Below are positions 1 to 13,914 of a stretch of 64,000 bases of DNA, one piece after another; positions within the stretch are counted from its first letter, which is position 1; the number at the start of each line of letters is the position of its first letter. The notes beneath the pieces were generated by a model. It was not told the origin of the DNA and ran no database searches. It saw only the letters and a list, made by a program, of their open reading frames with translations. Origin of the DNA: Lama glama (lineage: Eukaryota); assembly GCA_028534125.1 (NCBI GenBank), contig CM052818.1, positions 808,001-872,000 on the forward strand, given 5' to 3'. The position numbers and the translations under genes are program-made.

Positions 1-840
1 TGTCACGGTCATGAAAAATGAGGAAAGACTGAGAAATTGCCACAGATTAGAGGAGACTGAGGAGACAAGGAGACAGGATAATTAAATGCAAAGTGGGATC
101 CTGGGATGGACCTGAAACAGAAAAGTGGCAAAATCAGGGGAAATCCAAATCAGTTTATATATTTTACTAAAATTTTATATCAAGAATTTCTCAGTTTTGG
201 TTAAATGTTTTACTGTTATGATGTCATAGGGTAATCCTAATATAAGGAGGAGCTTTAGCAAAGGGTATTCTGGCAAACTCTAAAATATCCCTGCAAGGAT
301 CTCTGCCTCCTGGTACTCATGCCCTTGCTTAACCCCCAACCCTTGACTTAAGGGTGATTTCTTTTCTCTCTAATGGAATGTGGCAGAAGTGGTAAGATTC
401 ACTTCCAAGCTTAGGTTACAAAGACGATGGCTTTTGTTGTGGGCACCCACTCTTGCTCTCTCACTTGCTCACTCTGAGAGAAGCTCAGCTGTCATATGTG
501 AGCTGCCTTATGGAAGGAAGAAACTGATGTCTCTGGCCAGTAACTATGTGAGTGAGTTTTGGAGGACATCCTCTCAGTCAAGCCTGGAGATGGGAACACA
601 GCTAGACCCAATACCTTGTTTGTAACCTTGTGAGAGACCCTGAGTTAGAAGAACCCAGCTAAACCATGCCTGGATTTATGACCTACAGAAACTTTGGGGT
701 AATATTTATTGTTTTAAGCTGCTACGTTTCAGGGTAATACATTACACTGCAATAGATAATTTACACAGGAGCTCTTTCTACTATTTTTGCAACTCCTCTG
801 TAAGACTAAAAGTATCTCAAAATAAAAAAAGTTTAAAACA
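1..840 (+). mobile_element. Old L1 (L1MC-like) 3' end interrupted by an MLT1 LTR
   Basis: Motifs aaatgcaa..gtgggatcctggga and ctatttttgcaactcctctgtaag...aaaataaaaaa flank the LTR. Confidence 0.6.
285..766 (+). mobile_element. MaLR LTR (MLT1E/F-like)
   Basis: cctcctggtactcatgccctt...acccagctaaaccatgcctgga...gttttaagctgcta...gcaatagataa..taca. Confidence 0.7.
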
Positions 841-899
841 TATACTTACATTTGTTTTATGCACACACACACATGAGTGTGTATATGTATATATAGTTT

Positions 900-1135
900 C
901 AATTATTTGTGGACTCTGGTGTCAGACAAACCCAGGTTCAAATGCCACATCTAACACTTAATGGCCATGTAATTCTGGGCAAAACATTTAATTTCTCTAA
1001 GTATTAGGTTCTTAAAATCTATAAAACTGAAGTAATAATCTCTAGCTTTGATGATTATACTAAGTATAAAGTGATACACACATCAACTGTAATGCCTGGT
1101 ATTTAGTACATTCTGAACAAACGGCATTATTATTA
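900..1135 (+). mobile_element. MIR SINE fragment
   Basis: ggactctggtgtcagacaaacccaggttcaaatgcc...ggcaaaacatttaatttctct...aaaactgaagtaataat. Confidence 0.6.
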
Positions 1136-2078
1136 GTTCATATTTATAATCACCTATAATTTTCTTCTCATTCAAGGAATTCAGCTCCAATAACTTGGCA
1201 TTTTATCACTTAGAAGAGTTTAAGTGTTGTATATAAACCTGTCAATCTTTTAATCCTCACAGGGTTATCACAAGTATTAAATGAGATAACATATTTAAGT
1301 CCCTCACTGCCATGACTACCACATGTGGATATTGATTAAACATTTTTTCCCTTTTTTCCAAGGCCAGTGCTCCCCAGTGCTACCTTCTCAACTATAAGGT
1401 GGAACTGGGTTATGTGCTTAGCCATACGGTAAGCATCTCATTAATGTAAAACTGAATTAATGACAGTCTTAAAATTAGGCTGAGTAATATAAGTCGAATG
1501 CATTTATCCCTAAACTGGGTTTCCATTCCTACAGACACTGTGAAGTTGAGTAACACATTAGGGGGTACGTTAAGTTGACATGTATTGCTGGTGATATTAA
1601 CTTTGATATTTGGCTAAAGTGATGTCTGCCAGGAATCTCCACTGAGAAGTTACCTTGTTTTCATTGCAAATACTAAATATTTGAGAGGAATCATGAAATG
1701 GAAACAGAGAGGGAGACAGGCAGCACATGCACATATCCCCACCCAAAGCCTCGTCTTCAGCTTATCTCCAATGTGATAAACAAGGAATTAGTAAACTGTA
1801 CCACTCAATGACTGAAGATTCTTCTCAGAGAAATTCAGTGTTTTAAAACACTTGATGTCAAGTCTTGTCAAAAGCCCTTTGAAAGTATAAATATACTACT
1901 TTCAGATGTTTCCTCTTACTCAGATATTTATTCCTTTAAAGACTTCTAGAGAAGGCAAATACAACCTGCTCTAAGAGAAATCATACTGCCTCTCCCCCAA
2001 GAACTTACATTTGCTTAAGTATTTTAAACCCTTTATCACAAATTCCATCAGCTTGCTTGTCATCACAATGAGACTCAC

Positions 2079-3925
2079 CGATCTGCAGATACTGGAGTCC
2101 CTTCTGGACTGGAATATCCTTCCAAATCTGAAATGTTCACTTGTGTTTGCCTTGAGGTTACTATCTGGCTGTTCTGAAAAGGTATGGTTTTCAAGTCCTG
2201 AGTAATAATATTACTATCTGGAAGAGGAGACTGTATGACTTGGAAGTCCGGTGAAGATTTAGGTCCTAGAAAACCTAAAGATTCTTGATCCTGTGCTATA
2301 GGTTTACTGGTCAATAATTTGGAGGTTGGTTCCAATGATCTTGAAGATACAGTTTGTAGGTCAGAGTTAAACTCACTATTCATTCTTGTTTTAGAGGCAG
2401 GATCCAATGAATGAAATCTTTTATCTAAGGTTCCACTATCCAGCTTGGAAGGAGTCTTGGGACAAAGAGTTATACGAACGTAAGAAAGTGCTTTTCTATT
2501 TGAAGGTGGAATAAATGTGGATGTTATTACTGTACACTGATCTGGGACTGACGGGGAGACCACATTATTGGATTTGGCTTCAACATTTATCATATCAGAA
2601 ACATGTAATTTAGGTTTCTGCCGATTATTCTTTTCTACTACATAATCCTGACCTTGAGCAAGGGGGGCATGGTGTTTTTTCATGGGATCTACATCTGGGG
2701 CTTTGCTTTGTTCAAATAGCTGGCGCTGCTCAAGAAAAATGGAAGAAGGAAGATCTGGAGCTATATAATCCTGCCTTTGAGGAAGGGGAGAGTGGTTTTC
2801 TCTCACCTGATGATCTACATGTGGGGCTTTCCTCTGTTCAGAGAGTTCTCGCTTTTCAAGAAAAATACGACAAGGAAGCTTTGGAGCTATGTAATCCTGA
2901 TGCTGAGAAGGGGGAGATTGTTTTCTCACATGGTGATCTGCATGTGGGGCTCTGCTTTGTTCAAAGAACTCTTGCTGTTCAAGAAAAGTGTGCGAAGGAA
3001 GATCTGGAGTAATAGTTACATTCTTCTCTTTTGTTCCTAGTGTGGAACTTGGTCTGCTCATGCTAACAAGGGTAGGGTTATCAGAAGAATGAACTTCCTT
3101 GAAATTGCTACCATTTGCACTGCTACTGGGCTTAGAATGACTGTCTTTAAAATCTGATCTTTCTAAGAGTTTTACTTCTTGGTGAGAATGTTCAACAGAT
3201 AATTTTTGGCTTTGCCTACTACTTTCTGTTAAAATAGTCACAGCTTTACCTGGTGACTGACTAATGATTTTACATGATGAAGGGGAAGAGGTTTTCTGTT
3301 TTAGATCTCTAGGAGGATTTTGCTCTTCAGTGAAATGGGAATTAAATACCCCCACAGATCCTCCAGTACACTGGCTACCTTCAGTAACACCAACCTTAAG
3401 AAAAGAGGAATCTGAAAAACAATTAGAATGTCGGTGAGATGAGAAAGTGATGGAGGTAGTAAACTTTTTCATGGGTTCTGGGGGCAGCGCCTGTGGTGAA
3501 GAATGATAATCCATTTCTTCAGGTGGCATACAAGTAGGTTCTACTAATTCTGATAGCCAAGGATCCAAATTTTCACGGAATGGCATTCGAAGACCCTCGC
3601 TAATTTTCAAGTCATTAGCTGTAAAGTGTTGAAATGGGGAATGACTTTGTAACTGCGAGGAATTCCAAACTCTGAAGTGGGAGTTGCTCTGGTCTACACT
3701 TGACTTGGAGAGGTTAATGTGCCTGGTCCTCCACGATGATGGGCTCCACTGTCTTCTTCTGATCATTTCTGAGGATTCAGCAGGTCTGAAAACATAAGGG
3801 TGGCTGTCCAATTGTGGTTGTTCAGCAGTTAGAGTCCGGAAACATCCTTTTTCATGGCTCTCAATAATAATGTGACTACATACAGCTTCTGACTTGCATC
3901 CTATTCCCCGTGGACTCTGTAAACC
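2079..3925 (-). CDS. ALMS1: ALMS1 coding exon (exon 10 equivalent), 1847 nt
   Basis: ttttctag|GGT TTA CAG AGT CCA (GLQSPRG) through GAT CG|gtgagt. Includes ORF 2075..3811. Confidence 0.95.
2640..3010 (-). repeat. Three-copy ~38-aa coding repeat inside exon 10
   Basis: PDLPSxxFLEQxELFEQSKAPxVD...SPxPQxQDY occurs three times in the translation. Confidence 0.85.
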
Positions 3926-4284
3926 CTAGAAAATATAAACAATTCTTACTTGAAGTAGTCCGAGTAGTTTTATAAAAATCAGTTTTCTACCTAGGCTAAG
4001 AGCTTACCGTGAAGGTAATATTGAGCTTTTACAACAAAACAGGTTAGAACACCGTAAGAAAAAGACAGTTATCTATAGAATAAAATGGCTTATGATAACT
4101 AAGACTACACAGTTTTTTTCTAAAAATTTTTCACTAAAGTAACAAAAGCAAAGACTACTGTTGTCCCCCAGTATTCTCACCTTTTTCTTTTAGTACCAGA
4201 GGTCCCTTACCCCAACTTCTGGTCACATGACCATCAAGCTGGAGAAGTTTCCCATTTCTTTTGCAGCCAGATGTGACCATATGA

Positions 4285-7200
4285 CCTTGCATTGGAAGAA
4301 TCAACATTATCAAAATGGCTGTACTACCCAAAGCAATCTACAGATCCAATGCAAACCTTGTCAAAATACTGATGACATTTTTCACAGAACTAGAACAAAT
4401 AATTCCAAAACTTATATGGAATCATAAAAGATCCTAAATTGCCAAAGCATTATTTTCTAGGTCTTTTTTTTCTTTCTTCTTTTTATTTTCTTTTCTTGTT
4501 GTTTGATGACTAGAGAAGTTCCTTTAATATTTGTTGCAAGGCTGGTTTGGTGGTACTGAATTCTTTTAGCTTTTGTTTATCTATGAAGCTTTTGATTTCT
4601 CCATCAAATCTGAACGAGAACCTTGCTGGATAGAGTATTCTTGGTTGTAAGTTTTTCCGTTTCATCACTTTAAATATATCATGCCACTTCCCTTCTGGCC
4701 TGTAGAGTTTCTGCTGAAAAATCAGCCGATAACTTTATGGGAGTTTCCTTGTATATTATTTGTTGCTTTTCTCTGCAAATAAATTTTACTATTTTCATAT
4801 AACCTTTTCCAGAAAAGCCGTAAAAACTTTTGTTACATCCCAACAATGTTATCATTAGATATGGAACAGACTCTTAAAAGATACTACTGGTTCAGCTCAA
4901 CAAAATCCAACACTCTTTCATGAGGAAACCACTCAGCAAACTATAAATAAAAGGGACTTTCTCAACCAGATGAAGGGCATTTACAAAAGATGCACAGCTA
5001 ACATTGTACTAAATGGTCAAAGACCAGATGCTTTGTCCTTAGGACAGGAACAAGACAAAGGATGTCCATTCTTCTTTTTATATTCAATATCATATTGAAC
5101 GTTCTAGCCAGGGCAATCTGGAAAGCAATTCAAAGAAATCCAGAAAAGAAAGGAAGAAATAAAACTATCTCTATTTGCAGATGATATGATCTTCTATATA
5201 GAAAATCCCAAGGAAACCATACAAAACCAAAAAGGATTAATAAACAAATCCATTAAAGTTGCATGATATGAGCTCAATACACAAAAGTCAACTGTATTTC
5301 AATACACAACAAACAATCCCAAAATGAAATAAAACAATTCCATTTACAATAGCATAAAGAAGAAAATACTTAAGACAAAATTTATCAAAATAAATATAAG
5401 ACTAATACACCACAAAACATTGTTGAAATTACAAGATTAAAATAAAAGGAAAACTGGTCCAAAGGATTAGAAGACAATGTTGCTAAGATGGCAATATTTC
5501 CTATATTGATCTGCAGATTTATAGATTCAAGGTAGTTCCTAGCAAAATGCCAGCTGGCTTCTCCACCCACCCAAAATTGACAAGCAGATCCTAAAGTTCT
5601 TACAGAAATTCAAGGGACCCATGGTAGCCAAAACAATCTGGAAAATGACAAAGTTGCAAAGTTGGAAGACTCACTTTCTGATTGTGAAGCTTACCACACA
5701 GTTACAGTAATCAAAACAGGGTGGTACTGGCACAGCAACAGACACATAGGTCTCAAGAGAATAGAACTGACACTCCAGAAATAAATACTAACGTTTATGA
5801 TGAATCGACAAAGAGGCTAAGAAAATTCATTGGGAAAGAATAGTCTTTTCAGTGAACAGTGCTGGGACAACTAAATACCCATGTGTGGAAGAATGACTTA
5901 GCACTCCATACATAAAAACTGCCTCTAAAGGGACAGGCAAACAAAAGTAAAAATATATAAACTGGACATCAAAATTTAAAACTGCATCAAAGTACACAAT
6001 CAACAGAGTTAAAAGGCAACCTACAGAATGGGAGAAAGTATTTGCAAATTATATATCTCATAAAGGAATAATATCTAGAACAGAATTCTCACAACTCAAA
6101 CAAAAAAACAAAGAGCCCAATTCAAAAATGGGCAAAGGTCTTTATAAATCGACATTTCTCCAGAAATATACAACTGGCCAACAAGTTCAAGAAAAGATGT
6201 TCAAATCACTAATAAGGGAAATACAAATCAAAAGCACAATGATATATCACTTTATACCTGTAGGATGGCTATTATGAAAAAAAATACAGAAAATAACAAA
6301 TGTTGGTAAGAATGTGAAGAAATTGAAATCCTTGTGCACTAATGATGGGAATGTCAAATGGTGCACCTGCTATGGAAAACTGTATGGCAGTGCACAAAAA
6401 CATAAAAACAGAATGACCATATGATCTAGCAATTCCACTTCTGGGTCTATACCCAAAAGAATTAAAAAGCAGAGTCTTGAGGAGATATTTCCATATGCTC
6501 ATTTTCACAGCAGCATTATTCAACAGCCAAAAGCTACTCAAGTGTCTATTCATGGATGAATGGATATACAAATGTGGTACATATACACAACGGAGTATTA
6601 TTCAGCCTTAAAAAGGAAGGAAACTGACACATGCTACAACATGGGTGAACTCTGAGGACATAATTTTAAGTGAACTAAGCCACATTGTTCGAGGATCAAC
6701 TCTAAAGTGTCTCAGTGTGCAACTCCAGTTCATGCTGCTTGGAGTTCATTAAGCTTCTTGGATGTATAAATACATGTCTTCCATCAAATTTAGGAAGTTT
6801 TCATCAATTACTTCATCAAATGTTATTTTTGTTCCTTTCCTTCTTTTGTCTTCCTTGGAACGTCCATGATATATATATATGTTGGTATGCTGGTGGTATC
6901 TCATGGCCCTGTTTTTCTTCATTCTTTTCTCTTTCTGGGCTTTCAAGCTTGATAAAGATCAACTGACCTATTTTCAAGTTCACTGATTCCTTTTACTGCC
7001 TGCTCAAATCTGGTACTGAAACCTTCTAGAGGATTTTTGAGTTCAGTTATTTTATTTTCAGCTGTAGAATTTCAGTTTGGATCTTTTTTATAACTGCTAT
7101 GCCTTTTTTGACATCTCTACTTGGTGAGACATCCTTTTCTTGGTTTTATTTTTTTGACCACAGCTTTCTTTAGCTCTTTGAACATATTTAAGAAAGTTGA

Positions 7201-10140
7201 TTTAAAATCTTTTTCTTATGATTCCTAGGCTTTCTCAGGGACAGTTTTTATTAATTACAGTCAATCTTTGAACAACGTGGATTTCAACTATGCAGATCCA
7301 CTTATATGCAAATATTTTGCAGTAGTAAACACTACAGTACTACATGTCCATGGCTGGATGAATCCAAAGATGAAGAGAAATCACAGAAATGGAAAGCTGA
7401 ATACAAGTTATATGTGGATTAACCCCCACACTGTATTTAAGGGTCAACTGTACTTTTTCCCCCTGAGAACAGCCATACTTTGCTTCTTTAAGTGTTTCAT
7501 AATTTGTTGAAAATTGGACATATCAAATATAGTGTGGCAATTCTGGGTATCAGATTCTCCCTCATCTGGAACTTGGTGTTGCTGCTTTTTATGGATTATT
7601 GTTTGATACTTTTCTAAGCTTTTTTTGTAAAAAGTCTTTATTCTTTGTTGTGTGTGGCACTGAAGTCTGCGTTCCCTTAGCTTAATTCTCAGCTATTATT
7701 TTGACAGTTTCCTTAAACACTTGCAGTCAAAAAGAAAAAAGAAAAACAACCTCTCTCAGTCTGTTCTGATTTCCTCTATGCTGAAGCACTCCAACACTTA
7801 GCCAGATCCTTTACAGCACTGCCTTAACCTTCACTTACAGCTTGTGCAATGCAAAGCCTGAAAGGTCAGCCAGAAATGAAAGTTTAGGGTCTTCCTCAGC
7901 CCTTTTCTGAGAATCAGTCCAGCTCTGGGCATTTCCAGTATAAGCAGGGAATTTCTCAGTATAAGGAGGACCTTTAACAGTCCTATTCCCCATGTTATGT
8001 CCTTTCTCAACTGCTTCCTTCCCAAGCTTTTTGGTGTGTCTGTTGTTTATCCTAACTGTTATCCCTAGAATCAGGCTGCTGCAGCCAATACTTTGGCCAT
8101 AAAATGCTTTTGCCAAACAGGGAAGTTGCCTCAGCCCAGGGGAAGCTCCTAGTTGAGTAAATCAAAGGGAAGCCCCTACACCAGTCCATTAGGGAGCTGT
8201 CAAACAGGCTGAAGTACTCAAAAACAATTTTTAAAGAGTAAGACTTGTATTTGCACCCTCTGTAACTACGAACCTGCATCAGGAGTGTGATCTGTTATTT
8301 TCAAAGCTACTGCAGATTGGGGGACAGTTAGGCACTATTTAAGATACTTTAGTGCTCTCCTACTGTAGTACAACAGCTTTTTACTTCAGTAATCATTCCT
8401 TTTTTTTTTTTCAAGTTCTAACTAGGTTCCAGAGCTTTACTAAAGTTGATTCTGACAGATTTTTGCTAGATTATTAGTTATTTTTGTGCAGAAATGGAGC
8501 CCTGGCATTCCCTACTTGACCATTTATGGTAGCATCACTTACAAATGTTTTATATGTATAAAAAAAGTATCTGATCTTTGAATATGCTGATCGCCAATTT
8601 CAAATACAGATTCTTTACCATACTGAGCCATTGCTGTTCTACTCTAACCCAAAGAAAGATATCTAATTGGGAATAGCTTTTTAATTTTTATTCCCAAATA
8701 CCTTTTTGGAACCTACGGAAATGACTACAGTTCTCCTGTTAAAATAAAACTTATGTTTATAAATTTCCTAATACTGAACTATCTGCTTTGCTGGCTTAAG
8801 CCCCACCTGTTCATGATGTTATTTTATAAAATATGATACTGAGTACCAAATATTAATATTTATTTTAAGCACTTTTCATTCATATTTGCCACATTAGATT
8901 CCTTTTAAAAAATATTTGTGTGTGTGTGTGTTAAGAACACTTAATAGAGATCTGCCCTCTTGACAAAGGGTACATTTCTTTTTTAAGTGCACAATGCAGT
9001 GTTATCAATTATAGGCACCATGTTGTGGAGTAAGTATCTCTAGAATTGGTTTATCTTGTATAACTGAAACTATATATCCACCGAACACCAATTCGCCATT
9101 TCCTACTCACCACAACCCTAGTAACCACCATTCTACTCTTTTTCTGTGAGTTTGCTATTTTCAAAATCCCATGTAAGTAGAATCATAAAGTTGTCCTTCT
9201 GTAACTGGCTTATTTCACTTAGCACAATGTCCTCCACATTCATCCATGTTGTTGCATATGGCAGGATTTCTTTCTTTTTTAAGGCTGAATAATCTTCCAT
9301 TTTATGTATTTACCACATTTTCTTGATCCACTCATCCATCAATAAACATATAGGTTGTTTCCATTATCTTGATTATTGTGAAATCTTAACTATTATGAAT
9401 AATGCTGCAATGAACATACGAGCGCAGACATGTCTTCAAGATTCTAATTTCAATTCTTTTGAGGTATATACTCAGAAGTAAGGTTGCTGGATGGTATGCA
9501 GTAACCCTAGTTTTATCTTTCTGAGGAACCTCCATACTATTTTCTACAGTGGCTGCACAAATTTACATTTCTTCCAACAGTGCATAAGTATTTCAATTTC
9601 TCTAAATCCTCTCCAACCTTTGTTATCTTTTGGCTCTTTGAAGCAGCCATCCTGATGAGTGTGAGGTGATATCTCATTGTGGTTTTCATTTGTATTTCCC
9701 TGATGATTAGTGATGTTGAGTATGTTTTCATTTACTTGTTGGACAGCTGGATATCTTTGGAGGAATGTCTATTCAAATACTTTGCCCATTTTTAAAATCA
9801 GATTGGATTTTTTGGGGTTTGTTTTTTGCTACTGTAGTTGGTTAGGAGTTCCTTATGCATTCAGGGTATTAACTTCTTTATCAGATATATAGTTTGAAAA
9901 TATTTCCTCCCACTCCATAGTTTGCCTTTTCACTCTAGCAATTGTTTCTTTGCTGTGCAGAAGCTTTTTAACTTGACATAATCCCAGTTGTCTATGCTGT
10001 AACCATAACATGTTTTATGTAAGCCCCAAGATAGACACAAAGAAAATATCACAAAAGATAAAGAGAAAAAAAAAAAAAAGGAAAGCAATGAAAGTATGTC
10101 CCTACCAAAAAAAAAATTGCAAATCACAAAGGAAGATAGA
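4285..10140. mobile_element. Cluster of nested L1 fragments in both orientations (ORF2 and 3' on +, ~4895-6685; 5'/ORF1 on -, ~6710-8540; 3' end on -, ~8915-9990)
   Basis: L1 ORF2 peptide remnants (e.g. SLIIREIQMKTTMRYHLT on -) and typical L1 3'UTR motifs. Confidence 0.8.
7258..7450 (+). mobile_element. Tigger2/MER8-like MITE
   Basis: TA-cagtcaatctttgaacaac ... taagggtcaactg-TA: terminal inverted repeats with TA target duplication. Confidence 0.75.
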
Positions 10141-10149
10141 TTGTTATCA

Positions 10150-13002
10150 CTGGGAAATCTGATGCCTTCATCTCACAGGAAAATACTATTTACATTTTCC
10201 CCAACAATTTTGAGTCCCTTTACAGATTTAAAATGTTGATTATCTTGCCTTCCAATAATCACTGGTGACCTGAGGGTGGGTGGTTAGCTATGACTCCCCA
10301 GTCATAGGTAGTCCTGGCCTATTGCAGGAACACAGACCCACTAGGTTGCTGCTGGACCACACTTATCCACTTGATATGTAATTCTAGCTGAAATTTCAAT
10401 TTCCAGTGGCTCTAGTGGATGACTCATTTCTCCTAACTATAGCTCCGTACAGGAAGTGAAAATAATTGACCTTGGACCCACCAAAGGAATGGTGTGGAAC
10501 TCTAAAGGGGGTAAGAGGCACTCAGGTCGACACCAGCAATGTTAGAAGATGACATGTGGTGATACAATCACAGTATCTGGCTCTACCTGACTTTGGAGGA
10601 GGTCACCAATGAGATACTGACCTACAACAGCCCAATTAACAAATCATCACGTGGGGCAGTCAGCAGGCAGACACAAAACTTCAAAATGCAGATGCCTGCT
10701 ACTGTTGGCCTTACTCTGTGCCTTTTATTTCATCTGGGTCATAAGGCTTCTATTCACCCCCAGAGAGGCTACGCTAAAAAGTTACTGGAAGCTCACAGCA
10801 CTCACCTACAAATGAACCCCAGGATGGGAGGATGATGCACGCTGGAAGTCAGCCTTAGAGGGGCTGTGCCTGAAATGCCACAGATACGGATACTAGCTGG
10901 GTGTTCAAGCCCTCTATCTTAAAAGGAACAAAGGGCACAAATGCTTAAAGGCTACCAGCCATTACACTGCTCTTTTCAAATGGCTCCCTCTACCTGCAAC
11001 AACATTATTGAATGACAATGCCCCATGCCATGATGGTACCAAACATGTGATCTGAGAAATGACAACACCTCAGCCCATGAAAGCTCGAGATACAACTTCA
11101 TCCCAAATGCTGCCTCCGCAACCTTCTGCTATAGAAGAGCTGACATCCGAGAAGACATGATAGCTGGTTATGCTGAGCACTCCCCAGGACTTAGTTGCTG
11201 AACTCAGTGCTTGTTTATCTAAATTCCCTGCTGATGATTCCATTCAGTGGCATTTTGTGGAGTTAACTGTGTTTGGCCAAAGGCTCCTTTGCTTACTATG
11301 CTTGCTACTCAAGGGTGCGGCAGTACTGTGACTGCCAGTCTACTTTCCACTACAACTTTGAATTTTGATAGACCAAGGTATATATTGAGCCTCATAACCT
11401 TATGGGGGCCTGATTAAATGCTTCACTTAATTGCTTGCCCTCACGACACCCAGTAGACCGATCTACATTATGCAACCTACTGAGGGTTAGTGAATTTAAT
11501 TTCTGTTGGGAGGACCAGTCCCTGGCTGCAAATGCTACCATCACCACAGCACCCACCCCCAATCCCCCACCCCATACATACACCCTCCAGGACTGCAGCC
11601 ACAGGGTCATCTCCCAACCACTCCAAGGGGACCTTTTCCCACTGTCACTACTCAAGGTTCCCAATTCTCTCATTTAAGCTCACCAATAGTCTTAATATTT
11701 TTATGCAACAAGTAGAAAATAGAGCTCATTTTTTGGGCTGCTTTAAATGGTAAATGTGCTATCAGACTCAACAAATGCTTTTCCATGAGTTAGTGGCCTA
11801 CCTGGCTGATTTCTTGCCCCTGTCCCTATTTGGCCAAAAGAAGGCACCCCCTGCATCCCTGTGGCTTGCCTGGCTACTCTCTATGGTGCTCAACTGCTCC
11901 TCTGCAACACTTTGCAAAACAGTAGGTGGCATCTGGCAGGAGCCTCGACACACCCTTTATAATCCTTCATATCTGCCCAGGCACCAACACATTCCACCTG
12001 TGACACCACATGGATAAATATGACCTGTATCATATCCCAAGGAGCACAATTCCCCTGGTCTTGGGCCTCATGCTTAACTGCCTGAGGGGACCTCAACTCA
12101 CTTGGGCATCCCAATGTGACAACAGTTAGTGTTCACCATGGGTCAAGTACCCTGGAGCCATCACACATACACGGTTCCCCATATATGCACTTCTCCTTTC
12201 CTCAACTTCCAGTGGAGGCAAAGGGGTTTGCCCCCTTGCCTTTCCCCATCAGAAAGTCCTGTCTGTTCATATCAAGGTACTTTAGTCTCCCTGGGACTAC
12301 CTTTACGTATCATTGAATAGGACCCCCAACTGTCTCTTTCTGCCCTTTCATATCAAAAGTGTACAGTTTTCATCTCTGCTACATTGGGAGTGGGTCTGCT
12401 ATTATCCCTCATGGGAACTGGGTTAGTTTAGGCACCACCACAATGGGCATGCAACAACAAATTATTAAGGCAAACACCAGTCTGTCAGCCACCCAGGCTG
12501 AACACTCTGGGCTGTTACACCAGAGCCCAGCGTTAATTGCAACAACAACATGATTCTTTAGGGCAGACGGTTTTGATAAACCATTTAGCTTTAGATTATG
12601 TACTGGCCAAGGGATGCGGGGCACTGTAAAGGGCACCTCTTTCTGCATCAACATGAATAATTCTGGACAAATTCAGACAAATTTACAAAAGATGCCCCAA
12701 CAGGTACAAGTATTCCATAATCTCACCCAAGTTTTAGATCAAATACCTACCTTAATCTTATCCATGGGCTTTGATTTATTTTCTTGGCTGGACCCTCAAA
12801 AATGGAAGGTGATGGTTACAGACAGGATTTCAAACTATCATTTGTTTATTGGTATTGTTGAGAGTGGCATTTTTGCTTTGCTCAGATGTTTCATGTGCTG
12901 GGTGACCAAAGCCCTGCCAGCAGCTTTTAATATCTCCACCATCTACACAGTGCCCATGATTTTCCCTAAAGACTAATAATGCCTAGGCATCACAGGGTCA
13001 AT
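10150..13002 (+). mobile_element. Decayed endogenous retrovirus internal region (possible pol remnant, clearer env remnant)
   Basis: ~12555-12900 translates, with a frameshift, to SLGQTVLINHLALDYVLAKG..TVKGTSFCINMNNSGQIQ...LFIGIVESGIFALLRC. This resembles an Env TM immunosuppressive domain, Cys loop and membrane anchor. Confidence 0.75.
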
Positions 13003-13483
13003 TGTGATGAGAAAACAGCTATTTTGAGTTGCTACGTAAGCACTTTACAGTATGACAACCATGCTCACACCCAGAGTCTGGACAGTTAGATAAGGACCTG
13101 AGCTTAGGATTCCTGCCACAAGCTCCTGCTTGGTTTTTCCAAGGACACCTTTTAAAATAACCAGTTAGAGTTGAACTCATGAAAAGTTAGCCAACTCTGC
13201 CCCAAATACCTTACAAGTAATAGGTGCTTGCTACCCTGCTCTCTATCTTCTGCTCACTTGTGACCTAGGGCAGAGGAATACCCTCCCCCTGGCTCACTGT
13301 ACACTTCACCCTGACTTTTGGGACCTGTAAGTAATAAATCTTGTGACTTTACTTCCTTGTATGAGTGTACGGACATTATGCCTTCAATCAAAATGAACCC
13401 AGGGTTTGCTCTTCCCTAAAGTGAAAGCTCAGATGCTAAGAGAGCTGTATGCTGACCCCATGTGGATGGCTTGTGCCTTCTCA
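13003..13483 (+). mobile_element. 3' LTR of the ERV (class III MER54/73/74-like by recalled motifs)
   Basis: Starts TGTGA directly after env, has gggacctgtaagtaataaa (polyA signal at ~13333), and ends near TCA. Boundaries approximate. Confidence 0.6.
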
Positions 13484-13914
13484 TTCAGAAAGGCATAATG
13501 TGAATATTCTTAATTTAATATACGAGCTACAGGCCCCACAACACAGCATACTTACAAAGCAAAAAAAAGCCACCTGAAGAGACAGAGCAAGCATCAAAAC
13601 CAGATATGGCAGAGATACTGGAATTATGAGGCTGGGAATTTAAAACAACTATAATTAATATGCTAAGGGTTCTAATGGATAAAGTGGAAAGCATGTAAGA
13701 ACACAGGGACAATGTAAGCAGAGAGATGAAAATACTAAGAAAGAACAAAAACAAATGCTAGAGGTCAAGAACACTGTAACAGAAATGAAGAATGCTTTTG
13801 ATGGGCTTATTAGTAGACTGGACATGGCCAAGATAAGAATCTTGAAGCTAAGAATATCTCAACAGAAACCTCTGAAACTGAAAAGCAGAAAAACAAAGAC
13901 TTTAAGTGGGGTAT

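Noticed and set aside
12614..12976. Possible domesticated (syncytin-like) env gene
   Set aside because: Env is fragmented by stops and frameshifts and the Cys motif is degraded; only a 120-codon piece is open.
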